Part shown: positions 1-9,689 of the stretch, piece after piece
Layout of the letters: each line of letters opens with the position of its first letter
Numbering within the stretch: the first letter of the stretch is position 1
Assembly: GCA_965224085.1 (NCBI GenBank)
Contig: CBDCYI010000011.1
Span: forward strand, 1,408,001-1,472,000
Direction: 5' to 3'
Origin: Candidatus Marinacidobacterales bacterium
GTDB taxonomy: Bacteria; Acidobacteriota; Vicinamibacteria; Marinacidobacterales; SMYC01
Length of the DNA stretch: 64,000 nt
Notes under the pieces: model-generated
The model's input: only the letters and a program-made list of their open reading frames with translations
What the model was told of the DNA's origin: nothing
Database searches by the model: none
Position numbers and translations under genes: made by a program

Positions 1-596
1 TCGCAACGATGGTCGCACGCATGAAGGCACGGCCCGAGATCGGAGCGCTCGGTCCCCGCTTGCGCAATGCGGAAGGTGCTCTCGAGATGTCCTTCGGAGC
101 GATGTTGTCGCTCACCGCGGAAGCTTGGCAGAAATTTCTGAACGCGGGTTACCACGACGGCGCCGGTCCGCTGCGGGGTTTCGTCGAAGCTCGACTCGCA
201 CGCGAGCGGGAGGTCGATTGGGTGAGCGGCGCGTGTCTGATGACGCGCCGAGATCTGCTTGAGACGATCGGCGGCTTCGACGAAACGTTCTTTCTCTATT
301 CCGAGGACGTCGATCTCTGCGCATGCATTCGTGCCCAAGGCAAGAAGGTCGTCTTCACACCCGACGTCGAAGTAACCCATCTTCGAGGCCGATCGACGAC
401 CCAGCTTCCCGACAAAGCGTTTGTGGAGTCCCAGCGAAGCCGTTTGCACTTCTACGCGAAACATTACGGCCAGCCGCGTCTCGGGTTGCTGAAACTCTAC
501 ATGACGGCGGGACTCGGACTGGCATATCTTTTTCGCCCCTCATTGCGGCGCACCTATGGGAAGGCCCTGCGCCTTTTGGTCCAAGGAGACCACTAA
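1..596 (+). CDS. GT2 family glycosyltransferase (WbbL-like), 5'-truncated by the window edge
   Basis: VDWVSGACLM, GGFDETFFLYSEDVDLC and VTHLRG motifs; frame open back to the window start. Confidence 0.85.
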   Translation, partial: ATMVARMKARPEIGALGPRLRNAEGALEMSFGAMLSLTAEAWQKFLNAGYHDGAGPLRGFVEARLAREREVDWVSGACLMTRRDLLETIGGFDETFFLYSEDVDLCACIRAQGKKVVFTPDVEVTHLRGRSTTQLPDKAFVESQRSRLHFYAKHYGQPRLGLLKLYMTAGLGLAYLFRPSLRRTYGKALRLLVQGDH

Positions 597-669
597 TGAA
601 AGCCGCAAGCCGAGAGCCTAGCCAGGTAAACCTTAGAACTTTTGAAACGCAGAGACATTCGGCAGCACG

Positions 670-1635
670 ATGAAAATCGTAATCGTCACCCCGGGAAGCG
701 AGCCTTCCCTGCAGGGGCAAGTGACCGGTAACGAGGTCACCGCGCGTCGCTGGGAAGCGGTGCTTCGCAAGCTCGGTCACGATCCCATTGTGCTCGAGCA
801 ATATGCGAGCGAAGAAGCCGACCTTCTCATAGCACTCCACGCTCGCAAGAGCTCCACGTCGATCGAAGCGTTCAAAGAGTCTTTCCCCAAAAAACCGCTC
901 GTCGTCGCGATGACCGGCACCGACCTCTATCAAGATCTACCCGATGATGACGAGGCCGTTCGCCGCTCGCTCGAGCTTGCGACGCATATCGTCGTGCTCC
1001 AGCCGGGTGGGCGCGATATTCTCGACGCGTCGCTCCGCCCGAAGACGATAGTAATCTATCAATCCGCGCAACCGATCGCGCGCACCATCACGAAAGCGGC
1101 CAATTGTTTCCAGGCCTGCCTCGTGGCGCATCTTCGCGATGTAAAGGACCCGCTGCTCGCGGCCGAAGCCGCGTCCATGCTTCCGAGAACGTCCCGGGTG
1201 CAAATCGTGCACGCTGGCGCGGCGGCGTCTTCGAAGATGGAAAAACGCGCGAAACACGCCGCGACCCAAAACACTCGCTACCGCTGGATCGGTCCGGTCC
1301 CGCACGAGGAAGCCAGGCTTCTCGTAGCGCGCAGCCACATCCTTTTGTTGACGTCGCGCTCCGAAGGCGGCGCGAACGTGCTCTCCGAAGCCTTAGCACT
1401 CGGCACCCCCATCCTCACGAGCCAGGTGCCAGGCGTCGAAGGCCTGCTAGGTCCACACTTTCCGGGATATTTCCCTGCGGGAGACGCAGGGAGCCTAGCG
1501 ACGCTTCTCGAGCGGGCAGAGCATGACGAAGTGTTCTATCGGAGACTCGAGCTCGCGGGCGAGAAGCTCGCATCGATGGTGGCGCCTTCCTGGGAGCTTC
1601 AGTCTTGGAGGCGATTGCTCAGCCCCATGGCGTGA
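670..1635 (+). CDS. senB: Selenosugar synthase SenB-like glycosyltransferase (TIGR04348 family)
   Basis: IVTP..GNEVTARRW, ALHARKS, TGTDLY, HLRDVKDP, SRSEGGANV and YFPAGD motifs match the SenB family as I know it. Confidence 0.8.
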   Translation: MKIVIVTPGSEPSLQGQVTGNEVTARRWEAVLRKLGHDPIVLEQYASEEADLLIALHARKSSTSIEAFKESFPKKPLVVAMTGTDLYQDLPDDDEAVRRSLELATHIVVLQPGGRDILDASLRPKTIVIYQSAQPIARTITKAANCFQACLVAHLRDVKDPLLAAEAASMLPRTSRVQIVHAGAAASSKMEKRAKHAATQNTRYRWIGPVPHEEARLLVARSHILLLTSRSEGGANVLSEALALGTPILTSQVPGVEGLLGPHFPGYFPAGDAGSLATLLERAEHDEVFYRRLELAGEKLASMVAPSWELQSWRRLLSPMA

Positions 1636-1636
1636 C

Positions 1637-1663
1637 GGTCGATCTGGCGGAATCTCGTTCGTC
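1637..1663 (+). promoter_or_regulatory. Putative ECF42-type promoter GGTCGA-N17-CGTC
   Basis: Near match to the ECF42 consensus TGTCGA...CG(A/T)C, directly upstream of the DGPF gene and its AAGGAG RBS. Confidence 0.6.
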
Positions 1664-1686
1664 TCCAAGATGAAAGGAGAAACGAC

Positions 1687-2043
1687 ATGCAATATGCGCT
1701 GCTGATTTATTCCGACGAGGCGAAGGAGCCGAAACCCGGCACAAAAGAGTTCGACGACTATATGGGGGCCTATTTCGCGCTCTCCGACGAGGTCAAGAAA
1801 AACGGCATTTACCAGTTCGGCAGCGCGCTCCAGGACGTCGCCGCGGCGACGACGGTGAAGGTGCGCGACGAGCAGACCACGACGATCGATGGTCCGTTTG
1901 CGGAGACCAAGGAACAGCTCGGCGGGCTCTACGTTCTCGAATGCAAGGATCTCGACGAGGCGATCGAATATGCTGCACGGATCCCGACGGCGAAACACGG
2001 CTCGGTCGAGATCCGGCCCGTCATGAATTTCGATCAGGAATGA
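1687..2043 (+). CDS. YciI/DGPF-domain protein
   Basis: DGPFAETKEQLGG motif; C-terminal VEIRPV. Confidence 0.92.
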   Translation: MQYALLIYSDEAKEPKPGTKEFDDYMGAYFALSDEVKKNGIYQFGSALQDVAAATTVKVRDEQTTTIDGPFAETKEQLGGLYVLECKDLDEAIEYAARIPTAKHGSVEIRPVMNFDQE

Positions 2044-2044
2044 G

Positions 2045-3295
2045 GTGACATCATCCACGAAGGAGGCTGCGGCGCGCGTCTTTCGAGATCACTCGGGACG
2101 CGTGCTGGCCACCCTCATCCGCCAGCTCGAAGATTTCGATCGCGCCGAGGACGCGCTCCAGGACGCCTTCACGCGCGCGCTCGAGACCTGGCCTGAACGC
2201 GGCATCCCGGACGAGCCCGCAGCGTGGCTCATCACGACGGCGCGGAACAAAGCCATCGACCGTCTCCGCCGCGAGAGCAACTTTGCCGCGAAGCAAGATG
2301 AGATCCGGAGGACAGTTGAGCGCTGGGCTCCTGCGCTCGATGACGAAGATGACTCCATCATTGCCGATGATCCGCTCAAGCTCATCTTCACCGCATGCCA
2401 CCCGTCACTCTCCATGGAAGCGCGGGTCGCGCTCACACTGCGCACGCTTGGAGGGCTGACCACGCGTGAGATCGCGCGCGCGTTTCTCGTCCCTGAAGCA
2501 ACGATGGCGCAGCGACTCGTGCGCGCGAAGAAAAAGATCCGTATCGCCGGGATCCCTTACCAAGTTCCCGATGCGCCTCGGCTTTCGGAGAGGCTCGACG
2601 GCGTGCTCGCCGTGCTCTACCTCATCTTCAACGAAGGCTACGCCGCGAGCGCGGGCGACGTGCTCGTCCGGCAAGAGCTCTCGTCGGAAGCCATTCGCCT
2701 CGGGAAGCTTGTCTGCGAACTCGCTCCCGGCGAGCCCGAAGCTCTCGGGCTGACATCGCTCATGCTTCTTCACGACGCCCGCCGGGCCGCGCGCGTCTCG
2801 GATTCAGGGGAGCTCGTGACGCTCGAAGAGCAAAACCGTGCTCTCTGGGATAAAGAGCAAATCTTTCTCGGACTCACCTATCTCGATCGCGCGATGCGTC
2901 TTCGGCGGCCCAGACCCTACCAGCTCCAGGCAGCGATTGGCGCCTGTCATGCGAGCGCGGCGTCAGCGGAGGCGACCAACTGGGCACGTATCGTCGAGCT
3001 CTACGACCACTTGTGGAAGCTCACCGCCTCGCCCATCGTCGCGTTAAACCGCGCTGCGGCCATTGGCATGGCACGCGGACCCGAGGACGGTTTGAAAGAG
3101 CTAGAACAGGTGTCCGCGAGCGGAAGCCTGAGCGACTACTATCTCCTTCACGCAGCACGCGCGGACCTTCTGCGCCGCTCCGGCCGATTCGAAGAGGCCG
3201 CCTCCGCCTATGACGAAGCCCTCGCCCGCGTCACGAACGACACCGAGCGCAGCTATCTGATGCGCCGTCGCCGAACCGTGACGCGAATGCGTTGA
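2045..3295 (+). CDS. ECF sigma factor, ECF42 type with C-terminal TPR extension
   Basis: AEDALQDAF, AWL.TTARNKAIDRLRR, LIFTACHPSL, LYLIFNEGY, YQLQAAI; follows a DGPF gene. Confidence 0.9.
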   Translation: MTSSTKEAAARVFRDHSGRVLATLIRQLEDFDRAEDALQDAFTRALETWPERGIPDEPAAWLITTARNKAIDRLRRESNFAAKQDEIRRTVERWAPALDDEDDSIIADDPLKLIFTACHPSLSMEARVALTLRTLGGLTTREIARAFLVPEATMAQRLVRAKKKIRIAGIPYQVPDAPRLSERLDGVLAVLYLIFNEGYAASAGDVLVRQELSSEAIRLGKLVCELAPGEPEALGLTSLMLLHDARRAARVSDSGELVTLEEQNRALWDKEQIFLGLTYLDRAMRLRRPRPYQLQAAIGACHASAASAEATNWARIVELYDHLWKLTASPIVALNRAAAIGMARGPEDGLKELEQVSASGSLSDYYLLHAARADLLRRSGRFEEAASAYDEALARVTNDTERSYLMRRRRTVTRMR

Positions 3296-3320
3296 CAACG
3301 TGGCGTCCTCCTACTAAGAT
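3292..3320 (+). promoter_or_regulatory. Sigma70-like promoter TTGACA-N17-TAAGAT
   Basis: Perfect -35, 17-bp spacer, 5/6 -10, upstream of the PilZ gene. Confidence 0.6.
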
Positions 3321-3389
3321 ATCTACCCAATCCAGGCGAAACGCGCCCCCCAACGGCGTATGTGAGTAACATCGACAGCAAGGACTCCA

Positions 3390-3860
3390 ATGGCGACGCA
3401 GTTCGATAAGTTACGAACGATTGGACGGATGGCCCCGAAGACGCCGGCGACGGCTGCGGTCTTCCAGGATGGCCAAAAACTCGCCTACGGCGTCGTCATC
3501 AACATGTCGGTCACGGGCGCCTGCATCGTGACCGATAGACGGCTCGCGGAAGGGCACGATATGACCCTAAAGCTTTCGCTCTACAAGCAGGCGGAGCTCT
3601 TCGAGATCCCGGCGCGCGTCATTTGGGTGCGACAAGGCCGGGCGCAAGAGTTAGGCGTCGACGGGCTGCAGCTACACGGCATCAAGTTCACGGAATCAAG
3701 CGCGACCCTCAAAGCCCGGCTTCACGCTGTCCTCGGCGGGGATGCCTTCGTCCACGTGTTCAGCCCGTCCACGGAGCTCGACGTGCTTCAGAGCGAGCTC
3801 GCGGTTGAGCTCAAGAACCTCGGCGTCAAGATGAATCAAACAACGGGCGACAAATCGTGA
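3390..3860 (+). CDS. PilZ domain protein
   Basis: RxxxR (RTIGR) and NxSxxG (NMSVTG) motifs, ARVIWVR, HGIKF. Confidence 0.8.
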   Translation: MATQFDKLRTIGRMAPKTPATAAVFQDGQKLAYGVVINMSVTGACIVTDRRLAEGHDMTLKLSLYKQAELFEIPARVIWVRQGRAQELGVDGLQLHGIKFTESSATLKARLHAVLGGDAFVHVFSPSTELDVLQSELAVELKNLGVKMNQTTGDKS

Positions 3861-3914
3861 TAGTGTTCTCGAAGTTTGCATGGAGCATCTGGGCTGATGA
3901 GGGCGTAGCGGATC

Positions 3915-5027
3915 ATGCGGATCGCGATCGACGTCCGCAAGATCAAAGATTTCGGTATTGGGACCTACCTTCGAAATTTGATCCGGCACCTTCCAGCGCT
4001 CGACACGGATAACGACTACTACCTCCTTGGGTACCGGCAGGACGAGACGCTCCTGCGCTCATTGTCCTCGATGTTCGAGATCTCCTTCGTCAAAGCGCGT
4101 AACTATTCGCTCTCGGAGCACGTCACGATCCCGTTCGCCCTCAAGCGGATTAGGGCTGACCTCTACCACGCGCCCCACTACGTGCTACCCTTTTTCACGC
4201 CATGCCGCTCCGTCGTCACTATCCACGACGTCATCCACCTCTTGTTTCCGCAATACTTGCCCTCGGCCTGGGCCAAACACTACGCGAAGTTCATGATCGG
4301 CCGAGCGCTCGAAAAGGCGCGGATCGTCATGACGGTCTCGAAAGCGTCCAAGCGCGATTTGCTCGGATTTTTCGATGTTGACGAAGCCAAGATCCGCGTC
4401 ATCCCGAACGGCATCGACCCCATCATGACGGAGGAGCTCGAGTCGGGCGCGATCGACCGGCTGCGGCAGCGATTTCAGCTCAAAGGCAGGAACGCGCTCT
4501 TCGTCGGCAACATCAAGCCTCACAAAAACGTCGAACGCTTGATTGCAGCCTTGGCCAGGCTTCGCGACAGCACGTGGTTCTCAGATGTCAACCTCATCGT
4601 CGTCGGGGACGAAATGTCGAGATATCCTTCGCTGCGACGCGCGGTCGAACGACACAAAGTGCGCGGCAACGTTCGCTTTTTTGGCTTCGTTCCCGAGCTC
4701 ACGCTCGTAGCTTTGTACCGCGCCGCCGATGTGTTCGTATTTCCATCCTTGTACGAAGGCTTCGGCCTTCCGCCGCTCGAAGCGATGGCCAACGGCACGC
4801 CGGTCATCACGTCCAAGATCTCGTCGCTTCCCGAAGTCGTGGGCGATGCCGCGCTCACCGTCGACCCCTATAACGTCGATGAGATCGCCGAGGCCATGAA
4901 AACGGTTCTGACCGATGAGGCGACGCGTGAGCGGCTAAAGCAGAAAGGCCGCCTTCGCGCCGAACGTTTCTCGTGGAAGGAGGCGGTGGCGCAGATCCAA
5001 GACACTTACATGACCGCCCTGAGTTAG
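3915..5027 (+). CDS. GT4 glycosyltransferase (MtfB/WbaZ-like)
   Basis: [31 protein letters not shown]. Confidence 0.92.
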   Translation: MRIAIDVRKIKDFGIGTYLRNLIRHLPALDTDNDYYLLGYRQDETLLRSLSSMFEISFVKARNYSLSEHVTIPFALKRIRADLYHAPHYVLPFFTPCRSVVTIHDVIHLLFPQYLPSAWAKHYAKFMIGRALEKARIVMTVSKASKRDLLGFFDVDEAKIRVIPNGIDPIMTEELESGAIDRLRQRFQLKGRNALFVGNIKPHKNVERLIAALARLRDSTWFSDVNLIVVGDEMSRYPSLRRAVERHKVRGNVRFFGFVPELTLVALYRAADVFVFPSLYEGFGLPPLEAMANGTPVITSKISSLPEVVGDAALTVDPYNVDEIAEAMKTVLTDEATRERLKQKGRLRAERFSWKEAVAQIQDTYMTALS

Positions 5028-5028
5028 T

Positions 5029-6135
5029 ATGCGCATCGCCCTCGTCCACGACTGGCTCACCGGCTTGCGCGGCGGCGAGAAAGTTCTCGAGGGTTTCTGC
5101 GAGCTCTTTCCCGACGCGACGCTCTTCACACTAGTGCACGTCACAGGGGTAACGAGTCCCCGGATCGAGTCGCTTCCGATCCGCACCGCGTTCACGCAAA
5201 AGCTTCCGGGGGCGAAACGACTATATCGCTGGTATCTGCCGCTCCACCCCTGGGCCATCGAATCGCTCGATCTCAGCGGATTCGATCTTGTGCTCTCGAG
5301 CTCGCATTGCGTCGCCAAAGGGGTCCAGCCGGCCGAGGGCGCACTTCACATCTGCTACTGCCATACCCCAATGCGCTACGTTTGGGACCGGTTTCACGAC
5401 TATTTCGGCTCGGGGTTAAAGGCCAAGCTTCTCTACGGCCCCGTCGCAAAGAAGCTTCGCGCCTGGGACCGCGCCTCGGCTAGCCGTGTCGATCATTTCG
5501 TTGCTAACTCGAGTTATGTCGCCGAGCGCATCGACAGGTATTACGGGCGCGCGACCGATGCCGTGATCCCACCGCCGGTCGACACCGACTTCTACGTACC
5601 GTCCATATCCGATGGCGAATCCGACGGCCAATCCTTCTGCCTCGTGGTCTCCGCCCTCGTACCGTATAAGAGAATCGATCTCGCCATCGAGGCCTTTCGC
5701 CATCGGAAAGACGAGCTGGTCGTCGTCGGAAGCGGGCCGTCGGCAGCCCGGCTAAAGGCAACCGCACCCCCGAACGTCCGTTTTCTCGGCTGGGCCGATG
5801 ATGCGACCCTGCGCGAGCTGTACCAAACCTGTCGCGCTTGCTTGCTTTTGGGAGTCGAGGACTTCGGGATCGTGCCTCTCGAGGCACAAGCTTGCGGGAC
5901 TCCCGTCGTCGCCTACGGTAAAGGGGGCGCTCTCGATACGGTGCGGGATGGAGAAACAGGCGTTTTTTTCCACGAGCCCACACCCGAAGCCCTATCGCGC
6001 GCCATTGACAATGTATACTCGTTGGGAGTAAATAAAAAGCTGCTCCGGGAGTGGGCGCTCGGCTTCTCGCGAGAAGCGTTTCAAAACCGCATGAGAGAGT
6101 TCATAAATACACGTGCCAAAGCGGCCGGTCTCTAA
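5029..6135 (+). CDS. GT4 glycosyltransferase
   Basis: VHDWLTGLRGGEKV, YCHTPMRY, EDFGIVPLEAQACG. Confidence 0.92.
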   Translation: MRIALVHDWLTGLRGGEKVLEGFCELFPDATLFTLVHVTGVTSPRIESLPIRTAFTQKLPGAKRLYRWYLPLHPWAIESLDLSGFDLVLSSSHCVAKGVQPAEGALHICYCHTPMRYVWDRFHDYFGSGLKAKLLYGPVAKKLRAWDRASASRVDHFVANSSYVAERIDRYYGRATDAVIPPPVDTDFYVPSISDGESDGQSFCLVVSALVPYKRIDLAIEAFRHRKDELVVVGSGPSAARLKATAPPNVRFLGWADDATLRELYQTCRACLLLGVEDFGIVPLEAQACGTPVVAYGKGGALDTVRDGETGVFFHEPTPEALSRAIDNVYSLGVNKKLLREWALGFSREAFQNRMREFINTRAKAAGL

Positions 6136-6146
6136 CAGGCTGCTTC

Positions 6147-7583
6147 ATGGTCAAACAGCAAAGCCGGATCTGGACAGGCATTTACTTGGCCAGCGATCTT
6201 GTCGCCACGTTGTCTGCTTTCGGCTTCGCCTATTTCGTACGATTCGAGAGCGGCTGGTTCCACGTCACCAAAGGCGTCAACCCCTTCAGTCAGTATTTGC
6301 TGCTGCTTCTGCTTATCATTCCCCTCTGGCCTCCCCTCTTTTACGCGCACGGGCTCTACAGCTTGAAGCGGATCCGCTCGCGCACGGACGAGCTTTTCTC
6401 GATCATCTGGGCTGTGGCGATGGGGACGGCCGTGACGCTATTCGTGGCCCTCTATGCGCGCGTCTACTACCTCTATGGTCCGCCCGCGTTCTCCGGACGG
6501 TACGAGTTCTCCCAGCTCGTGCTCGGCTTGTTCGTCATTTTCGACGTCACAGCACTCACCGTCGCGCGCACCGTCATTCGCCGCAAGCGTGAAGCCCGCT
6601 GGCGCCGCGGCGAAGGCCTCAGGAGCATCTTGATTGCCGGCGCCGGCCAACTTGGACGCACCGTCGCCGACAAGTTGATCGACCACCAAGAGATGGGTTT
6701 TCGGGTAACCGGATTTCTCGACGATAAGCTGCGCGGCGAGTTCGCGGGCCATCGCGGTATCCCGATCCTCGGCGGTGTCGACGACGTGGCCGACATCGTC
6801 TCTAACGCAACGGTGGATTCGCTCTACATCGCGCTGCCACTCGAAGCCCACAACAAGATCCGCCACCTCGTCGCCTTCGCGAACCGTGAGGCGCTCGACG
6901 TCAAAGTCGCCTGGGACTACTTGACCGATGCGGCGCTTCACGCTGGGGTCGAAGATCTCGATGGGATGCCGATCATCAATCTCTCCCAGCCCCCTATCCG
7001 CGGCTGGAATTGGCTCGTGAAGCGCGTCATGGACATGGCGGTCTCTGGCGCACTTCTTACCCTCCTCGCCATCCCTTTCGCCGTCATCGCCGTTCTGATC
7101 AAGCTCACCTCCAAGGGTCCGGTGTTCTACGCGCAAGAGCGCATGGGTCTCGACAACAAGTCCTTCACGATTTACAAGTTTCGGTCGATGCACGACGAGG
7201 CCGAAAAAGGGACGGGCCCCGTTTGGGCCGTTTCGGAGGATCCGAGACGTACGGGCCTTGGCCAGCTTCTGCGCCGCTTCAGTGTCGACGAACTGCCTCA
7301 GCTCTATAACGTGCTCAAGGGAGACATGTCTCTCGTGGGGCCGCGACCGGAGAGGCCGAACTTTGTCCAAGAGTTCAAGAGCCGCATCCCTCAATACATG
7401 CTTCGCCACAAGGTCAAATCCGGCATGACAGGCTGGGCACAAGTGAACGGATGGCGCGGCAATACTTCCATCGAGAAGCGGATCGAGCACGACCTCTACT
7501 ACATCCAGAACTGGTCGCTCACGCTCGATGTTCAAATCCTCTGGCGCACTTGGCGCGCCGTTCTCCAAAAGCACGCATTTTGA
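6147..7583 (+). CDS. wcaJ: Undecaprenyl-phosphate glucose phosphotransferase (WcaJ-like)
   Basis: N-terminal TM helices, [37 protein letters not shown]; start moved to ATG 6147. Confidence 0.88.
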   Translation: MVKQQSRIWTGIYLASDLVATLSAFGFAYFVRFESGWFHVTKGVNPFSQYLLLLLLIIPLWPPLFYAHGLYSLKRIRSRTDELFSIIWAVAMGTAVTLFVALYARVYYLYGPPAFSGRYEFSQLVLGLFVIFDVTALTVARTVIRRKREARWRRGEGLRSILIAGAGQLGRTVADKLIDHQEMGFRVTGFLDDKLRGEFAGHRGIPILGGVDDVADIVSNATVDSLYIALPLEAHNKIRHLVAFANREALDVKVAWDYLTDAALHAGVEDLDGMPIINLSQPPIRGWNWLVKRVMDMAVSGALLTLLAIPFAVIAVLIKLTSKGPVFYAQERMGLDNKSFTIYKFRSMHDEAEKGTGPVWAVSEDPRRTGLGQLLRRFSVDELPQLYNVLKGDMSLVGPRPERPNFVQEFKSRIPQYMLRHKVKSGMTGWAQVNGWRGNTSIEKRIEHDLYYIQNWSLTLDVQILWRTWRAVLQKHAF

Positions 7584-8518
7584 CGAAGCGCACGCTCATT
7601 ACCGGCGCGGCAGGATTCATCGGCTCGCACCTCGTCGACTATCTACTTGCCCGGGATCACGAAGTCATCGGGATGGACAACTTCATCACCGGCAACCCGA
7701 AAAACCTCGCGCATATCAAGAGCCCCCGGTTCACGCTTGTCGAGCACGACGTCACGGAAGAGATTCACGTCGACGGCGCGATCGACCACATCCTTCACTT
7801 CGCAAGCCCTGCAAGCCCCATCGACTATCTCGAGCTTCCCATCCAGACACTGAAAGTCGGCTCGCTCGGAACGCACAAAACTTTGGGCGTCGCGAAAGCG
7901 AAGAAAGCAGCGTTTCTTTTGGCCTCGACGTCGGAAGTCTATGGCGATCCGCTCGTCCATCCGCAGACGGAAGATTACTGGGGCAACGTCAATCCGATCG
8001 GACCACGCGGCGTCTATGACGAGGCGAAGCGCTTCGCCGAAGCGATGAGCGTCGCCTATCGTCGCTTCCACGGCGTCGACGTAAAGGTCGCGCGCATCTT
8101 CAACACCTATGGGCCGAGAATGCGCGTTCGAGACGGCCGCGCAATCCCTGCCTTCGTGAGCCAAGCGCTCACGGGCGAGCCGATAACGGTGTTCGGCGAT
8201 GGACAACAGACCAGAAGTTTTTGCTTCGTGGACGACCTCGTCGAAGGTCTGTGCCGCCTCGCGTTCTCGAAACATCCCGGCCCCGTCAATATCGGAAACC
8301 CAGCCGAGATGACGATGCTCGAGCTCGCGAAAGTCATCGTCGAGATGACGGGCTCGAAGAGTGAGATAACGTTCAAGCCGCTGCCCGAGGACGATCCGAA
8401 AATACGCCAGCCCGATATCACCCTCGCGAACAACCTCCTCGATTGGAGCCCGAAACTCACCCTTGAGGACGGCTTGACGCAGACCATCGCTTATTTTAGG
8501 CAAGCGCTCGGGCTTTGA
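7580..8518 (+). CDS. UDP-glucuronate decarboxylase (UDP-xylose synthase-like SDR)
   Basis: [41 protein letters not shown]; TTG start overlaps the wcaJ stop. Confidence 0.88.
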   Translation: MTKRTLITGAAGFIGSHLVDYLLARDHEVIGMDNFITGNPKNLAHIKSPRFTLVEHDVTEEIHVDGAIDHILHFASPASPIDYLELPIQTLKVGSLGTHKTLGVAKAKKAAFLLASTSEVYGDPLVHPQTEDYWGNVNPIGPRGVYDEAKRFAEAMSVAYRRFHGVDVKVARIFNTYGPRMRVRDGRAIPAFVSQALTGEPITVFGDGQQTRSFCFVDDLVEGLCRLAFSKHPGPVNIGNPAEMTMLELAKVIVEMTGSKSEITFKPLPEDDPKIRQPDITLANNLLDWSPKLTLEDGLTQTIAYFRQALGL

Positions 8519-8538
8519 GTCCGCGGTCGAGGTCCGGG

Positions 8539-8628
8539 CAAGAATAAATGCCGATTCTTGCGCCCGATCTAATAAAGGGCGCCCGCATGGCAAAGCGCGG
8601 GATGTCCAAGAATCGGCAGTTATTCTTG
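8539..8628. repeat. 90-bp element bounded by 22-bp inverted repeats (MITE-like or paired operators)
   Basis: CAAGAATAAATGCCGATTCTTG (8539-8560) vs CAAGAATCGGCAGTTATTCTTG (8607-8628): 21/22 reverse-complement match. Confidence 0.7.
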
Positions 8629-8732
8629 GGCCCTTAGCTGCCTGCCACCTGTTACCGGCGACCGTTGCTTGCGACGGACGACTGACGCTTTTACCACACA
8701 CCGTGATAGCATCCTCGGTTTGAGGGGGTTGG

Positions 8733-9689
8733 ATGAGTACAGTCGGCAGGTTTGCTCTCCTTACGGCATCTTTTCTTGCGCCACAGGTAGTGCAGTGTCA
8801 GACACTTTCCTTTGCAACCGGCAATCCTTCTGGGATCTATTATCCACTTGGGGGCGGGCTCGCCTCCATCTGGTCTCGTTACGTCGACGGCATCAACATC
8901 AAAGCTGAAGTGACGGCGGGGTCGGTGACCAACCTCGTACAGGTCGCGAAGCTCGAAAGCCATGTCGGCTTCGCCCAGGGGGACTCGGTCGCAGACGCGG
9001 TCGCCGGAGAGGGACGTTTTCCCTATCCGCTTCCGCTCGCGATCCTCGGCAAGATGTATCCGAACGTCGTTCACCTCGTGACGGTCGAGCGCTCGGGCAT
9101 CACATCGTTCGAGGATTTGAAGGGGAAGAAGGTTTCCGTTGGCCCGCCTGGGTCGGGAAATTTCGTGACCGCTTGGAACATCCTCAAAGCACTCGGGATC
9201 ACCGAGAGCGACTTTACTGTTCGCCAGCTCAACTACTCGGAGACGTCGAACGGACTCAAGGACGGCACGATCGACGCGGGTTTCATCGCCGGCGGGCTCG
9301 GCATCGCCGCGGTAGTGGAGCTCGCGGTCACGCGCAAGATTGCTCTCGTCCCCTTCACGGATGAACAAATGAAGAAGGTGACGGCGCACATCCCCGCCTA
9401 TTCGGCGTTCTCGGTACCGCCAGGGATCTATCGCGGCGTTGACGAGCCGGTCCAGACGCCGACACTCTGGAACCTCCTGGTCGTCCATCGTGAGATGGAT
9501 GAGGACGTGGCGTACCGGCTCATCAAAGCGTTGTTCGACTTTCGTGGGAGTTTGGAGCACATCTCGAGAGTCGCCCAGTTCTTCGTCCCCGAAACCGCAG
9601 CTTCAATAGGCTCCCTGCCGCTTCACCCTGGCGCGAAACGTTACTATGACGAGATCCTCGGAACCACACGGGCAAGAGCAGCCAAATAG
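8733..9689 (+). CDS. TAXI family TRAP solute-binding protein
   Basis: ATGNPSGIYYPLGG, TAGSVTN, GPPGSG, PLHPGAKRYY; signal peptide. Confidence 0.92.
   Translation: MSTVGRFALLTASFLAPQVVQCQTLSFATGNPSGIYYPLGGGLASIWSRYVDGINIKAEVTAGSVTNLVQVAKLESHVGFAQGDSVADAVAGEGRFPYPLPLAILGKMYPNVVHLVTVERSGITSFEDLKGKKVSVGPPGSGNFVTAWNILKALGITESDFTVRQLNYSETSNGLKDGTIDAGFIAGGLGIAAVVELAVTRKIALVPFTDEQMKKVTAHIPAYSAFSVPPGIYRGVDEPVQTPTLWNLLVVHREMDEDVAYRLIKALFDFRGSLEHISRVAQFFVPETAASIGSLPLHPGAKRYYDEILGTTRARAAK

Noticed and set aside
3320-3389. c-di-GMP riboswitch upstream of PilZ
   Set aside because: Only a short GGCG-AAACG-CGCC hairpin; class I and II consensus elements are absent
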